Shown here piece after piece: positions 18,337 through 28,011 of a stretch of 64,000 bases of DNA. This DNA comes from Bdellovibrionales bacterium RIFOXYD12_FULL_39_22. GTDB taxonomy: Bacteria; Bdellovibrionota; Bacteriovoracia; Bacteriovoracales; Bacteriovoracaceae. A program made the translations under genes and the position numbers. Under the pieces are notes generated by a model that was not told the DNA's origin, did not search any database, and saw nothing but the letters and a program-made list of their open reading frames with translations. Numbering within the stretch: the first letter of the stretch is position 1; each line of letters opens with the position of its first letter. The stretch is from contig MEQL01000007.1 of NCBI GenBank assembly GCA_001770205.1, positions 62,001-126,000 of the forward strand. Direction: 5' to 3'.

Positions 18337-19986
18337 GTGAAGTTTAAGAGAAATGACGCCAAATTATTATGGAGTTTAACGCTAGGTCTCTTCGTACTTT
18401 ATTTTGCAATCTGTTACAAATGGCTATTTGTTTTAACCGCACCTTCAGATCCACTGATGTATATGGAACCGGCCCTATTTCCGGCCGACGGTTTTCCATA
18501 TTTTGACCGAATTTTGCTTTGGTTGTGGCTTCGGGCGTTTTCTATTTTACCAGTGGGCGCAGAAAAAATTGGTGGAATTGCAACACTTACGACAACTAGC
18601 TTGATTTTAAGTATTGGATTTTGGTGGTTGGGAAAAAAGGTCAACCTGTTGGCAGCTTCCATGTTTGCGTTTTTGTTTATTCTGTCAAAGTGGATATTGA
18701 TGCAAGCAACCTACACCTATCCAAGTGCTATGATGACTTTAGTTTTGATTTCCACGTTGGTGCTGATGGACTCTGTTTCTGAGTCGCGTAAATTTTTCGT
18801 TGCGGGATTTGGGTTTGCTTTTGCCATCATTTCGAAAGTTCAGGCGTACACTTTTTTACCTTTAATCTGTTTTCTGGCCATCTATGATGGTTCTCCAAAG
18901 GATGTAAAAATTAGACGTCTTTTTCAAATATTTATTGGAATTGTCTTGGGCACTGCGGTGATTATTGTTTCGTTGGGTTTTTGGGATGGATTTGACGTTT
19001 GGGCAAAATTATACAATCTATATTTTAGTGCGGGAATGGTAACTAAGCAGGTTGTGGGGCGGGCCCATGGTGGAGTTCCAGCGTTTTATAAATATTTATC
19101 TGTTGTGGTGGTACTATTATCTTTTGTGGGCGCAGTTGCCGCAGTTTTTCTAAAGCGATTTAAAAAAGTGTTTGTGTTTGGACTTGCGGCCCTGATTCAG
19201 GCCGCAGGGCTACTGATGATATACATCGTGACTAGACGAGGAGGGCCACTAATTCCTAATTATTCACTAGACGCTCACGTGTTTGGAATTATTGCGTTTG
19301 CTGGGTGTTTTTCGCTTTACCTAGAGCAAGAAAAATGGACTTCAATGAAGCGGTCTATTCCGTTATCAATTATCTTGTTGGTTAGCTCTCTTCTAATCAT
19401 AACAATATTTTCGCTGGAGAGAAGTAGTGGAATTAAGCTATCAACCGCTCAGGCCTTAATTGGGGGGGCAAGCATTTTGATAATTGCTCTGATTGTGATC
19501 TTTCTTTTGATAAGGGAAGATTTAGTTAAAACTAAATGGAGAGTTGCTGGATTTGTAATTGCAATACTAATCTCGTCGCTTATTGTGAAGCAGTCTACCG
19601 CGGGAATCGAGCGAGCAATATTTTTAAAGGAGCGATTTGGACTATTTCATTATCTGGCAAATTATCTTCAAGAGAGCAAATTGGAAGGGAAAATTTGGGT
19701 GCAAATTTTTAGGGGATATAAGCTTGAAACCGGTGATGCGGTGGTGCGAAAACTGTTTAAAATTTTCTACGCACACAAGGAAAGTGTCGGCAGAGAGTTT
19801 GTTTTTGGGAAAAAAGAAAAAAATGTTGATTATATAATAACTGCCGACAAAAGATTAATGTATGAGACCGGATTATGCACTCCTCGTGACAACGCAAAAG
19901 ATTCTGATGTTTATCTGATAACTACCGCAACTAAAGACTGCGTTTTGTTGTTCACAATTTCCATTCCAATCAGCTACTGGAAATAG
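18337..19986 (+). CDS. Polytopic membrane protein, probable GT-C (GtrC/ArnT-like) transferase
   Basis: SDP..Y acidic motif after the first TM, ~12 hydrophobic segments, follows gtrB/gtrA-like genes. Confidence 0.65.
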   Translation: MKFKRNDAKLLWSLTLGLFVLYFAICYKWLFVLTAPSDPLMYMEPALFPADGFPYFDRILLWLWLRAFSILPVGAEKIGGIATLTTTSLILSIGFWWLGKKVNLLAASMFAFLFILSKWILMQATYTYPSAMMTLVLISTLVLMDSVSESRKFFVAGFGFAFAIISKVQAYTFLPLICFLAIYDGSPKDVKIRRLFQIFIGIVLGTAVIIVSLGFWDGFDVWAKLYNLYFSAGMVTKQVVGRAHGGVPAFYKYLSVVVVLLSFVGAVAAVFLKRFKKVFVFGLAALIQAAGLLMIYIVTRRGGPLIPNYSLDAHVFGIIAFAGCFSLYLEQEKWTSMKRSIPLSIILLVSSLLIITIFSLERSSGIKLSTAQALIGGASILIIALIVIFLLIREDLVKTKWRVAGFVIAILISSLIVKQSTAGIERAIFLKERFGLFHYLANYLQESKLEGKIWVQIFRGYKLETGDAVVRKLFKIFYAHKESVGREFVFGKKEKNVDYIITADKRLMYETGLCTPRDNAKDSDVYLITTATKDCVLLFTISIPISYWK

Positions 19987-20123
19987 TGAGTATTTGCTTG
20001 TGATTTGTGGCGGCATAAGTTCTTTACAATCACAAAAAAGACTGTTAAATGCTAAAAGTTATTGTTTTGTAGTTTTCGTCATCATTACATCGATACTGTT
20101 CTTCGAAGAAAGAGGATGTTTGT

Positions 20124-21200
20124 ATGTTAAATTTTGCATTAGTTGGATGTGGAAGAATTGCCCCCAGGCATGCTGGAAATTTGGCAAGTGGAAAAATTTT
20201 AAACGCGAAGCTGGTGGCGGTATGCGACATTAAGGAAGAAAGGGCAAAGGCGTTTGGTGAAAAATATAAGGTTCCATGGTTTTTGGATATGCATGACATG
20301 ATGCGCAAGATGAAGGATAAGATTGACGTTGTTAATATCCTTACTCCCAGTGGTGATCATGCTCAACATGCCGTTGATCTTGCGTTCTACGGAAAGCATA
20401 TAGTTGTTGAAAAGCCAATGGCGCTAACACTCTCTGATGCTGATAAGATGATTGAAGCTTGTGATCGCTTTGGAATTAGGTTGTTTGTTGTAAAACAAAA
20501 TCGTTTTAATTTACCAGTCGTAAAATTGAGAGAAGCTCTTTTAGAAAATCGTTTTGGGAAAATGGTTATGGGGACGGTTAGGGTTCGTTGGAGTAGAGAT
20601 CAGGCCTATTATGACCAAGACCCTTGGAGAGGTAAATGGGAGCATGATGGAGGAGTTCTTTCTAATCAGGCCATCCATCACGTGGATCTATTGCAGTGGA
20701 TGATGGGGGATGTCGAAAGTGTTTTCGCAAAATCAGCAACACGTCTAGTTAATATCGAGGCAGAGGACACTGCGGTGGTAGTATTAAAATTTAAAAGTGG
20801 TGCGTTGGGAATCATCGAAGCGACAACAGCAACCAGGCCAAAAGACCTCGAGGGTTCCATTTCAATTTTAGGAGAAAAAGGGACGGTCGAAATTGGTGGC
20901 TTTGCGGTTAATGAGATGAAGGTTTGGAATTTTGTAGACAATCAAAAGGGTGATGAAGGCGTTCTTACTCATTTCAAACAAAATCCCCCTGATGTATATG
21001 GCTTTGGCCACACAGAATACCTCAACAACGTAGTTCATTCAATTTTAGAAAATAAGGCCGCCTTGGTAGATGGATTAGGTGGACGAAAATCCCTCGAACT
21101 TGTTTCAGCTATCTACGAGTCGATTGAAACCGGTCGCGAAGTCACAATTAACTTTATGCCAGAGAAATGCAGACTCGGGCTTAAGAGATTAGGTAAATGA
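20124..21200 (+). CDS. Gfo/Idh/MocA oxidoreductase, WbpB/WlbA-like UDP-GlcNAcA 3-dehydrogenase
   Basis: FALVGCGRI, TPSGDH, VEKPMA, VVKQNRFN, DGGVLSNQAIHHVD, EAEDT, YGFGH. Confidence 0.88.
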   Translation: MLNFALVGCGRIAPRHAGNLASGKILNAKLVAVCDIKEERAKAFGEKYKVPWFLDMHDMMRKMKDKIDVVNILTPSGDHAQHAVDLAFYGKHIVVEKPMALTLSDADKMIEACDRFGIRLFVVKQNRFNLPVVKLREALLENRFGKMVMGTVRVRWSRDQAYYDQDPWRGKWEHDGGVLSNQAIHHVDLLQWMMGDVESVFAKSATRLVNIEAEDTAVVVLKFKSGALGIIEATTATRPKDLEGSISILGEKGTVEIGGFAVNEMKVWNFVDNQKGDEGVLTHFKQNPPDVYGFGHTEYLNNVVHSILENKAALVDGLGGRKSLELVSAIYESIETGREVTINFMPEKCRLGLKRLGK

Positions 21201-21814
21201 ATAATTCTATTGCAGACAATGCTAAGATCTACTCCAATGTTAAATTAGGAAAGAATGTTGTTATCGAGGACTACTGTATAATAGGAATTCCTCCACGGGG
21301 AAAGGTTGATGGTGAATTAGAAACAATTATCGGAGATAATTCAACCATTCGTTCACATACCGTGATCTATGCGGGAAATAAAATTGGAAATAATTTTCAA
21401 ACAGGTAACAAAGCAAACATTAGAGAAGAGAATAATATTGGGAATAATGTAAGCATTGGAACCCTGACTGTTGTTGAGCATCATGTAGAAATTGAAGATA
21501 ATGTGAGAATACATACCCAGGCGTTTGTGCCTGAATATTCAAAGCTAAAAAATGGTTGTTGGCTTGGACCGAATGTCGTTTTGACAAATGCCCGCTATCC
21601 ACTTTCCCCGAATGCCAAGCATGAATTGTTTGGGCCACTAGTTGAAGAGGGTGCCAAAATAGGTGCAAACACAACGCTTTTGCCTGGAGTCGTTATCGGC
21701 AAGAATGCGCTTGTTGGGGCAGGGAGTGTTGTTACCAAAAATGTTGAAAGTAATGATGTTGTTGCTGGAAATCCTGCGAGAAAAATAAAAACCATTCAAA
21801 ATCTTCCATATTAA
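21197..21814 (+). CDS. Hexapeptide-repeat sugar N-acetyltransferase (WbpD/WlbB-like)
   Basis: Left-handed beta-helix repeats; GPNVVLTN, IGANTTLLPGVVIG, VGAGSVVT, GNPAR. Confidence 0.88.
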   Translation: MNNSIADNAKIYSNVKLGKNVVIEDYCIIGIPPRGKVDGELETIIGDNSTIRSHTVIYAGNKIGNNFQTGNKANIREENNIGNNVSIGTLTVVEHHVEIEDNVRIHTQAFVPEYSKLKNGCWLGPNVVLTNARYPLSPNAKHELFGPLVEEGAKIGANTTLLPGVVIGKNALVGAGSVVTKNVESNDVVAGNPARKIKTIQNLPY

Positions 21815-21838
21815 TCAATTTATAAAGGCGAATGTTGT

Positions 21839-22942
21839 ATGAAAATTCCTTTTCTTGATCTTGATGCGCAGTATCGTTCAATCAAAGATGATATCGATCA
21901 GTCGATTGCTAGGGTTATTGAAACAAAAAACTTTATTCAAGGTAAATTCGTCGACGAGTTTTGTCTTAATTTTACCAAAGTGCATGGTGGGGAACATGCG
22001 GTTGGCTGCGCTAATGGTACATCTGCTATTACGGTTTTGCTGCGAGCGCTTGGTGTTGGCCCAGGGGATGAAGTTATAACCGTAACGAATACTTTTTTTG
22101 CCACGCTTGAAGCTATCCATGAAGTGGGGGCAAAAATTGTCTTGGTTGATTGCTTGGCAGATACGTATGCAATGAATGTAGACGAGGCAGCTTCTAAAAT
22201 TTCTTCCAGAACCAAGGCGATTATTCCGGTACATCTTTATGGAAATCCAGTGGAGATGAGGAAGGTTGTAAAACTTGCGAAAAAGCACGATTTGATGGTC
22301 ATTGAAGATTGTGCCCAGGCACATATGGCCACTTTTGAAAATCAGGCGGTAGGAACTTTCGGAAGTGGCGCAACGTTTAGTTTTTACCCAGGGAAAAACC
22401 TTGGTGCCTATGGAGATGCAGGATTGGTTTTATGTAAAGATTCTTCGCTTCGAGATGCTGTCTCTCAGCATGTGAATCATGGCCGTCTTGGTAAGTATGA
22501 GCATGCTTTTTTTGCGGGTAATTTTAGAATGGATGGCCTGCAGGGGGCCGTTTTAAATACAAAGTTAAAGTATATTGGCGAGTGGACTAAGAAGCGGATT
22601 AATAATGCACAAATATACGATAGACTATTGAAAAAAAATGGCTTTAAGGTCATTGAAGTAACAAGTGGAGCGAAGTGCGTTTACCACATATATCTTGTCG
22701 AGGTCTCAAATAGGGCGCAGGTTATGGAGTATTTAAAAGATAAAGACGTTGAGTCACTGATTCATTACCCAGTCCCAATGCACCTGCAACCAGCGTTGCA
22801 AGATATGAAATTTAAGGTCGGTGAATTTCCTGTGGCAGAACGAGCGACATCAAGGATAATGAGTCTACCCATGTTTCCGGAATTAACGGAAGAGCAAATC
22901 AACTATGTCGTGAAAAACTTTCTAGAGGTTGCTAAAAACTAA
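21839..22942 (+). CDS. DegT-family sugar aminotransferase (WbpE/WlbC-like)
   Basis: IPFLDL, CANGT, PVHLYG, EDCAQAH, FSFYPGKNLGAYGDAG, IHYP, SLPMFP. Confidence 0.92.
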   Translation: MKIPFLDLDAQYRSIKDDIDQSIARVIETKNFIQGKFVDEFCLNFTKVHGGEHAVGCANGTSAITVLLRALGVGPGDEVITVTNTFFATLEAIHEVGAKIVLVDCLADTYAMNVDEAASKISSRTKAIIPVHLYGNPVEMRKVVKLAKKHDLMVIEDCAQAHMATFENQAVGTFGSGATFSFYPGKNLGAYGDAGLVLCKDSSLRDAVSQHVNHGRLGKYEHAFFAGNFRMDGLQGAVLNTKLKYIGEWTKKRINNAQIYDRLLKKNGFKVIEVTSGAKCVYHIYLVEVSNRAQVMEYLKDKDVESLIHYPVPMHLQPALQDMKFKVGEFPVAERATSRIMSLPMFPELTEEQINYVVKNFLEVAKN

Positions 22943-22946
22943 TTCT

Positions 22947-24575
22947 ATGCTGAATAAACCTAGATCGTATTTTGAAAGGCCAATATTGTTTTTTCTTCTC
23001 GCTATCACCTATTCGATTATAAGTGTTTTCCAAATCAATTATAATATGTTTGCACTCGTTGATATACTCGGTGCTTTTGTTTTTACGTTTTTGATTTTTG
23101 GTGTCGTGGGAGGGATGATCATAGCTGTTGCTTATCGCTTAACGTGGAAGTCACAGAGAATTCTCGATTCGCGGAAAATGGATTTTTTTATTGCAACATT
23201 ATCGGTGATGATTATTTTTTATCTTCTGCGCGTGAATGTGGTTTACTCGATGCCCAATGTTTTATTTCAAGTAATAATGTACTTTGTGGTCACCGCGTTA
23301 ACTCTTTCATTGGTATATTTTGTCAATTTTAAGCTGTTGAACATCGTTTTGCTGGCCATGATTGGATCGGCCTTCTTCCAGTTGGGCACGAGGGCCTACA
23401 CCTTGGGAAAAGAATTTGATAGTGTCAAAATTTCGCTGGCGAAAATTGATACTTACAATAAAGTTAAATTTAAGGCCTGGCCCAATGTTTACTTTATTCT
23501 TCTAGAATCATTCCATTCGGGGCGAGCGATGAAGCTCATATATGATTACAATAACGCTGCTTTTGAAAGCGGCCTTAAGTCTAAGGACTTTGTTGTTTAC
23601 GATAATACTTATTCTAATTACAACATGACGCTTACGAGTCTTTTAGGTACCTATTTAATGGATCACCACTACTATAAGGCGGTTACAGGACTGGCCGACC
23701 ATGCGTTCGCTCGCAAGATTATTACCGGCAATGACTACAACCCGGTACTTACTATTTTTAAAAAAAACGGCTATGCCATTCAATACCTTCTTAAAGATGG
23801 AGACTTGGTGCACAGTAAGATAAACGATCTCATCGATTATACTTTTACTGAAAATAATTGCGCTACTACTCCAGTCATTTTGTTCAAAAAAGGCCTTTTG
23901 TGTAAGGCATATTTTCTGATTACGGCCGGTAGCACTCAAAGCACTTTCAAGAACTCGGAATATATTGAAAAGGTAAAAAGAAAAATCAAGGAGTCTAGTC
24001 AGGAAAAAAACTCTCATTTAAACTTCATAAAGATAGGAGCTTTGCACTCACCAAATAGGGTAAAGCAAGCGCCTCAATTACAAAAACTTGGACTTATTGA
24101 TAAGGAATATTGGGCCCACGCCTGGAAATATCTCGATTATTGGATTGACGAGTACAAAGGTATATATAAGCGGGCATCCGATGAGGCTAGTGATCTGGTT
24201 GATTATATACTTAAGGTTGACAGCGATGCTGTAATTATTCTGATGGGAGATCATGGAGCCTATCGCTATCGAGGATTGACGCCAGAGAATAGATCAATCG
24301 GCCCCGACAAGGAAATTCCGCTTAGCACTTTGACAGTGGATTTTTTTGGAGCATTTTTGGCCATCAGGTGGCCGAAAGGAGCTCGTTCGTTTACACAGGA
24401 TTTGAAAGTAATTTCCAATGTTAATGTTTTTCGATATCTATTTTATAATCTCTCCGGGGATGAGGATCTGTTGAAAACTAAGGTTGAGGATAAGACCTAT
24501 TATCGTGGCAGTGGCAACCAGGTTTTTGAGGTAGTGAGAGATGGTTCCCCTCTTACACAATGGAAACCTTTATGA
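22947..24575 (+). CDS. Membrane-anchored alkaline-phosphatase/sulfatase-fold transferase (LtaS/EptA-like architecture)
   Basis: ~5 N-terminal TM helices, [21 protein letters not shown] (Thr, no CxPxR), MGDHG; track start 22929. Confidence 0.75.
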   Translation: MLNKPRSYFERPILFFLLAITYSIISVFQINYNMFALVDILGAFVFTFLIFGVVGGMIIAVAYRLTWKSQRILDSRKMDFFIATLSVMIIFYLLRVNVVYSMPNVLFQVIMYFVVTALTLSLVYFVNFKLLNIVLLAMIGSAFFQLGTRAYTLGKEFDSVKISLAKIDTYNKVKFKAWPNVYFILLESFHSGRAMKLIYDYNNAAFESGLKSKDFVVYDNTYSNYNMTLTSLLGTYLMDHHYYKAVTGLADHAFARKIITGNDYNPVLTIFKKNGYAIQYLLKDGDLVHSKINDLIDYTFTENNCATTPVILFKKGLLCKAYFLITAGSTQSTFKNSEYIEKVKRKIKESSQEKNSHLNFIKIGALHSPNRVKQAPQLQKLGLIDKEYWAHAWKYLDYWIDEYKGIYKRASDEASDLVDYILKVDSDAVIILMGDHGAYRYRGLTPENRSIGPDKEIPLSTLTVDFFGAFLAIRWPKGARSFTQDLKVISNVNVFRYLFYNLSGDEDLLKTKVEDKTYYRGSGNQVFEVVRDGSPLTQWKPL

Positions 24576-25660
24576 AAATGATTTTTCATCTTTCGCGCCC
24601 ATTCGATAAGCATGCACTTTCTGCAAGTGGAATTAGACCTCGTAAAATGTTACAGGCTTTTCGGGATCTCGGATATGAGGTTGAGACAGTTATCGGTACA
24701 AGGTCTGTGCGCAGACAGGCAGTTCGTGAAATTTCAGAAAAAATAAAAAATGGAACGAAATATGAGTTTTTGTATTCCGAAAGCTCCATAGCACCAACTC
24801 TTTTGTGTAATAATATTTTTCCACTTGCACTTTTCTTGGATTTTTATCTTTTTAGACTTTGCAAAAAAAACAACATACCAATTGGTCTGTTTTACCGAGA
24901 TGCTTATTGGTTATTTGAGACCTATACTACTTGGAGATCAAAAATAAAGGCATTTGTTTTTCGGCTCCTATATAGACATGATCTTCGTCAATATAATAAA
25001 TTTTTAACAAAAATGTATTTCCCGTCCGTTGAAATGGCAGGCTACATTCCGATTATCAATAAGGCCATGATTGATTCGCTTCCTCCTGGGCACGATGGCG
25101 TTCGTCTCGAAGAAGAATATCGCCCAAAAAACTCCTTGACGCTCTCATATATAGGAGGGATTGGGAAATACTACCAAATGCATGAATTAATAAAGGGCGT
25201 TTCAAAAATACCACAAATTAAGCTACTGTTTTGCCTTCGCAAAAAGGATTGGGATCGTGTTAAGCATGAGTATGGGGAGTTGCCAGGCAATGTCAAAATT
25301 CTTCATAAAAAACCTGAAGAATTAACCCCAGTATTTGCTGAAACGGATATAACGTTATTATTCATGAGGCCTCATGAATATAGAAAATTTATGGTTCCAT
25401 TTAAACTGTTTGAATACCTTGGTTTTTGTAAACCAGTCATTGCTAGTAAGGACACCCTGGTTGGCAATATTGTTCAAGAAAATGGGATCGGTTGGACTAT
25501 AGATTATAGTGCAACGTCTTTACAGGAGCTATTAGAAAGACTTTTGAAGAATGGTGAAGAGATCTACAAAATAAAACAGCATATTGTTGCAACCTCTAAT
25601 TGTCACACTTGGGCCGAACGAGCAAAAAAAGTTGCAAGGGATCTGCGTCAGAGTACTTGA
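24572..25660 (+). CDS. GT-B (GT4-like) glycosyltransferase
   Basis: SASGIRP, FYRDAYW, YIGG, PFKLFEY..KPVI, TWAERA; ATGA-coupled to the upstream gene. Confidence 0.8.
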   Translation: MKMIFHLSRPFDKHALSASGIRPRKMLQAFRDLGYEVETVIGTRSVRRQAVREISEKIKNGTKYEFLYSESSIAPTLLCNNIFPLALFLDFYLFRLCKKNNIPIGLFYRDAYWLFETYTTWRSKIKAFVFRLLYRHDLRQYNKFLTKMYFPSVEMAGYIPIINKAMIDSLPPGHDGVRLEEEYRPKNSLTLSYIGGIGKYYQMHELIKGVSKIPQIKLLFCLRKKDWDRVKHEYGELPGNVKILHKKPEELTPVFAETDITLLFMRPHEYRKFMVPFKLFEYLGFCKPVIASKDTLVGNIVQENGIGWTIDYSATSLQELLERLLKNGEEIYKIKQHIVATSNCHTWAERAKKVARDLRQST

Positions 25661-25668
25661 TCAATGTT

Positions 25669-26058
25669 CTAACGAAATAATTGGTGCATGTACCGGTTGA
25701 TTAAAGATTTAACATGTACAAGCTTGTTGCGGAGCACTTTTACTGGTGCTTTAACTTTCATACTTTTATGTAGAGTTCCGATTTTGTGAGGATTGATTAC
25801 AACGGTGTTTGACTCTGACCACAGGTTGTTTATCAATAGACGCTGAAAGGTCTCTTGGTTGGGGATATCTAAAAATGAATGGAACTTCCACAGTATGGTT
25901 CTATAAATCAACCGACTGTTAAATGGTGAAAAGTATTCGTGAGCAAAAACTTGCTTTCCGTCTCTTAGTTTTACGCTATTTCAATTTAGAAATTCATTCG
26001 TTTTTGCGATGAAAAATTGGCGCATGTACAATAGATTATGGTCGACGTTGTTCTTCAT
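25669..26058 (-). pseudogene. Small gene interrupted by an in-frame TGA (unknown product)
   Basis: GAGGA RBS and ATG 26058 overlapping the upstream gene end; 25 codons, TGA at 25981-25983, then ~103 more open codons to TAG at 25669. Confidence 0.45.
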
Positions 26059-27781
26059 GTGTTCCTCTAATGATCAGGCTTAGGTTTTGAACCACATCCT
26101 TGTCGTAATACTGTGCTAGGAAATTCAAATGAGATGAAATATTTTTTTGAATATTACTTCGGTAAAATGCACCCATTGAGGTGATGTTTTCGTTTGGAAC
26201 TTTGGCGTCGACTAAATATGTTTTATTTTCGTGATTAGACCAGGTGACCTGGCCGTAATAAAATTCGTCTCCAAAAAGATTAATTTTTGAAGCCAGATCG
26301 GGACAAGTCGGAAGAAGTCCGATGCGTTCTAGTTTTTCAGAAAGTAATCTGTCTAGCCCTTTGTTTCTTTTATCATCACCCCAAAAGTTATAATTTAGTA
26401 TTTTTAAAATTGGTTTGGCGATGAGCTTGCCAGCTCCAGCGGCCTCCAGAAATCTTACTGGCACATCGAAGTAGTCATATCCGTTCCAGATGATCAAATC
26501 ATCAGTACTAAACACTACGATATCCTTGAGTCCGTAAATCAAGTGACCATCATTCAATTTGTTGTAGTAGTCTCTAATTAGGGCATCATTTATTAAATCG
26601 TCTGAACCGACGATCAACAGGGCATCGGGATCCAAGCTTTTCACCATATCGAGGCCTGCCTGCCATTTGTGAGAAAGGGGGGAGTTTGGGGCCTCGCAGT
26701 AGTGGAAATTAAATTTTGTAACGCTATCTTTTGTTGTTTGTCCTTCGGAACCTACAACGACAAAATGGAATTCAAAGAGATCTGTATTTCTGGCAAATAA
26801 GTTCTTGTAATAATTAAGAACAAAGTCGGTTAGCTTGTAGCGCTTCCAAATAGCGGTCAAAAAAACTAATCGTTTTTGTTTTTTTCCCTTGTTGTAATCG
26901 GCAAAATGAACTTCCTTCGCGAACGATTTAAATTTAGAGTGAATTGATTCAAGTAGTATTTTATAGCGTAGGGCCTGAGGTTGAAGAGGTTGCTCGGGCG
27001 AGGATAGGTAGAGATACTGATAAAGCAAATGAGCTTCCTTTTTGAGGTTATAAGAAACAAAAAAATCAAATATGCTGTTAAGTTTCTTAAAATTTCTAGT
27101 TGGCTTAATTTTTTGCAACAGGATAATTAAATTCTTGCCGAGATCTTTTGCTAGTTCATATTCTTCGGCTTTTGTTATGACACTATCCCTTGGAGAAGAG
27201 TTTTTCCAGGCATTTTTAAGTAGTATCGATGGGTCGATGGCATCGTCGGATTCCTTGAAAAAGCTGTAGACGATGGAGGCAATATCATGTCTTCTGCGAT
27301 CCTCTATCGACTTAATCCGCAACTCGTCTAAAAATCTAACCTCAATCAGATATATAGTGGCCGTTATTACAGAAGAAAAAAAAGGTGATTCTTTTAAAAT
27401 TATAAATAAAAACTCATTACTAATTGTTCTACAGACGTTATGCGCATCGATGGTGCGCTTTTCCACGATAAGGGCCTCTTGGGGGGGGGTATTTTGCAAA
27501 ATATGCTTGTAAGTTTTTTCGATTCGGCTAGCATCATTGAAAGATGATGCCACCCTATATGACAAGACTATGGCAGAATTATTTTTTACACACAAACTCA
27601 TCCATAGATTAAATGCCTCATGAAGCACATCTTCATTTGAAGTACATTTTAATTCTGAGAAAAGAAACTCGATGATCTTAATGTTTCTGGAAAACAAAAG
27701 AATGTAGGCCTTGCATAGATGGCGATATAGTAGTGAGGATCGCCGAGCCAATTTTAGTGAATTCCTGATGATCCTTCTCAT
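26036..27781 (-). CDS. Hypothetical protein with a probable C-terminal GT-A glycosyltransferase domain
   Basis: LVFLTAIWKR, VVVGSEG, NSPLSHKWQAG, LIVGSDDLI (xDD motif); helical N-terminal half. Confidence 0.65.
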   Translation of the reverse strand: MRRIIRNSLKLARRSSLLYRHLCKAYILLFSRNIKIIEFLFSELKCTSNEDVLHEAFNLWMSLCVKNNSAIVLSYRVASSFNDASRIEKTYKHILQNTPPQEALIVEKRTIDAHNVCRTISNEFLFIILKESPFFSSVITATIYLIEVRFLDELRIKSIEDRRRHDIASIVYSFFKESDDAIDPSILLKNAWKNSSPRDSVITKAEEYELAKDLGKNLIILLQKIKPTRNFKKLNSIFDFFVSYNLKKEAHLLYQYLYLSSPEQPLQPQALRYKILLESIHSKFKSFAKEVHFADYNKGKKQKRLVFLTAIWKRYKLTDFVLNYYKNLFARNTDLFEFHFVVVGSEGQTTKDSVTKFNFHYCEAPNSPLSHKWQAGLDMVKSLDPDALLIVGSDDLINDALIRDYYNKLNDGHLIYGLKDIVVFSTDDLIIWNGYDYFDVPVRFLEAAGAGKLIAKPILKILNYNFWGDDKRNKGLDRLLSEKLERIGLLPTCPDLASKINLFGDEFYYGQVTWSNHENKTYLVDAKVPNENITSMGAFYRSNIQKNISSHLNFLAQYYDKDVVQNLSLIIRGTHEEQRRP

Positions 27782-28011
27782 TTCAAGTTAATCCTACTTG
27801 AGGGCTTCGCTTTGAAACTAGATTTAAAAGGAATTATGATAACGATCCCCTTTGACAGCGCTTGGCATAAACCATTTTTAAGATTATTTTTGAAGCATAT
27901 ATTGTCTAAAGTGGGAGAGCAAGATTTTTTTTCAATTGAAACAGCAGTTGACGCATAATTAAAAAAGGCTTAAAACCCACGCATCCAATTATTAATAATT
28001 AAGAGTATAGC

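Noticed and set aside
19994..20233. 79-aa ORF before the wbpB-like gene
   Set aside because: TTG start without RBS and a 110-nt out-of-frame overlap with a well-supported gene
25981..25983. TGA recoding (alternative genetic code or selenocysteine)
   Set aside because: Many clear genes here end in TGA (rfbB, wbpI, GT2), and there is no redox-motif context
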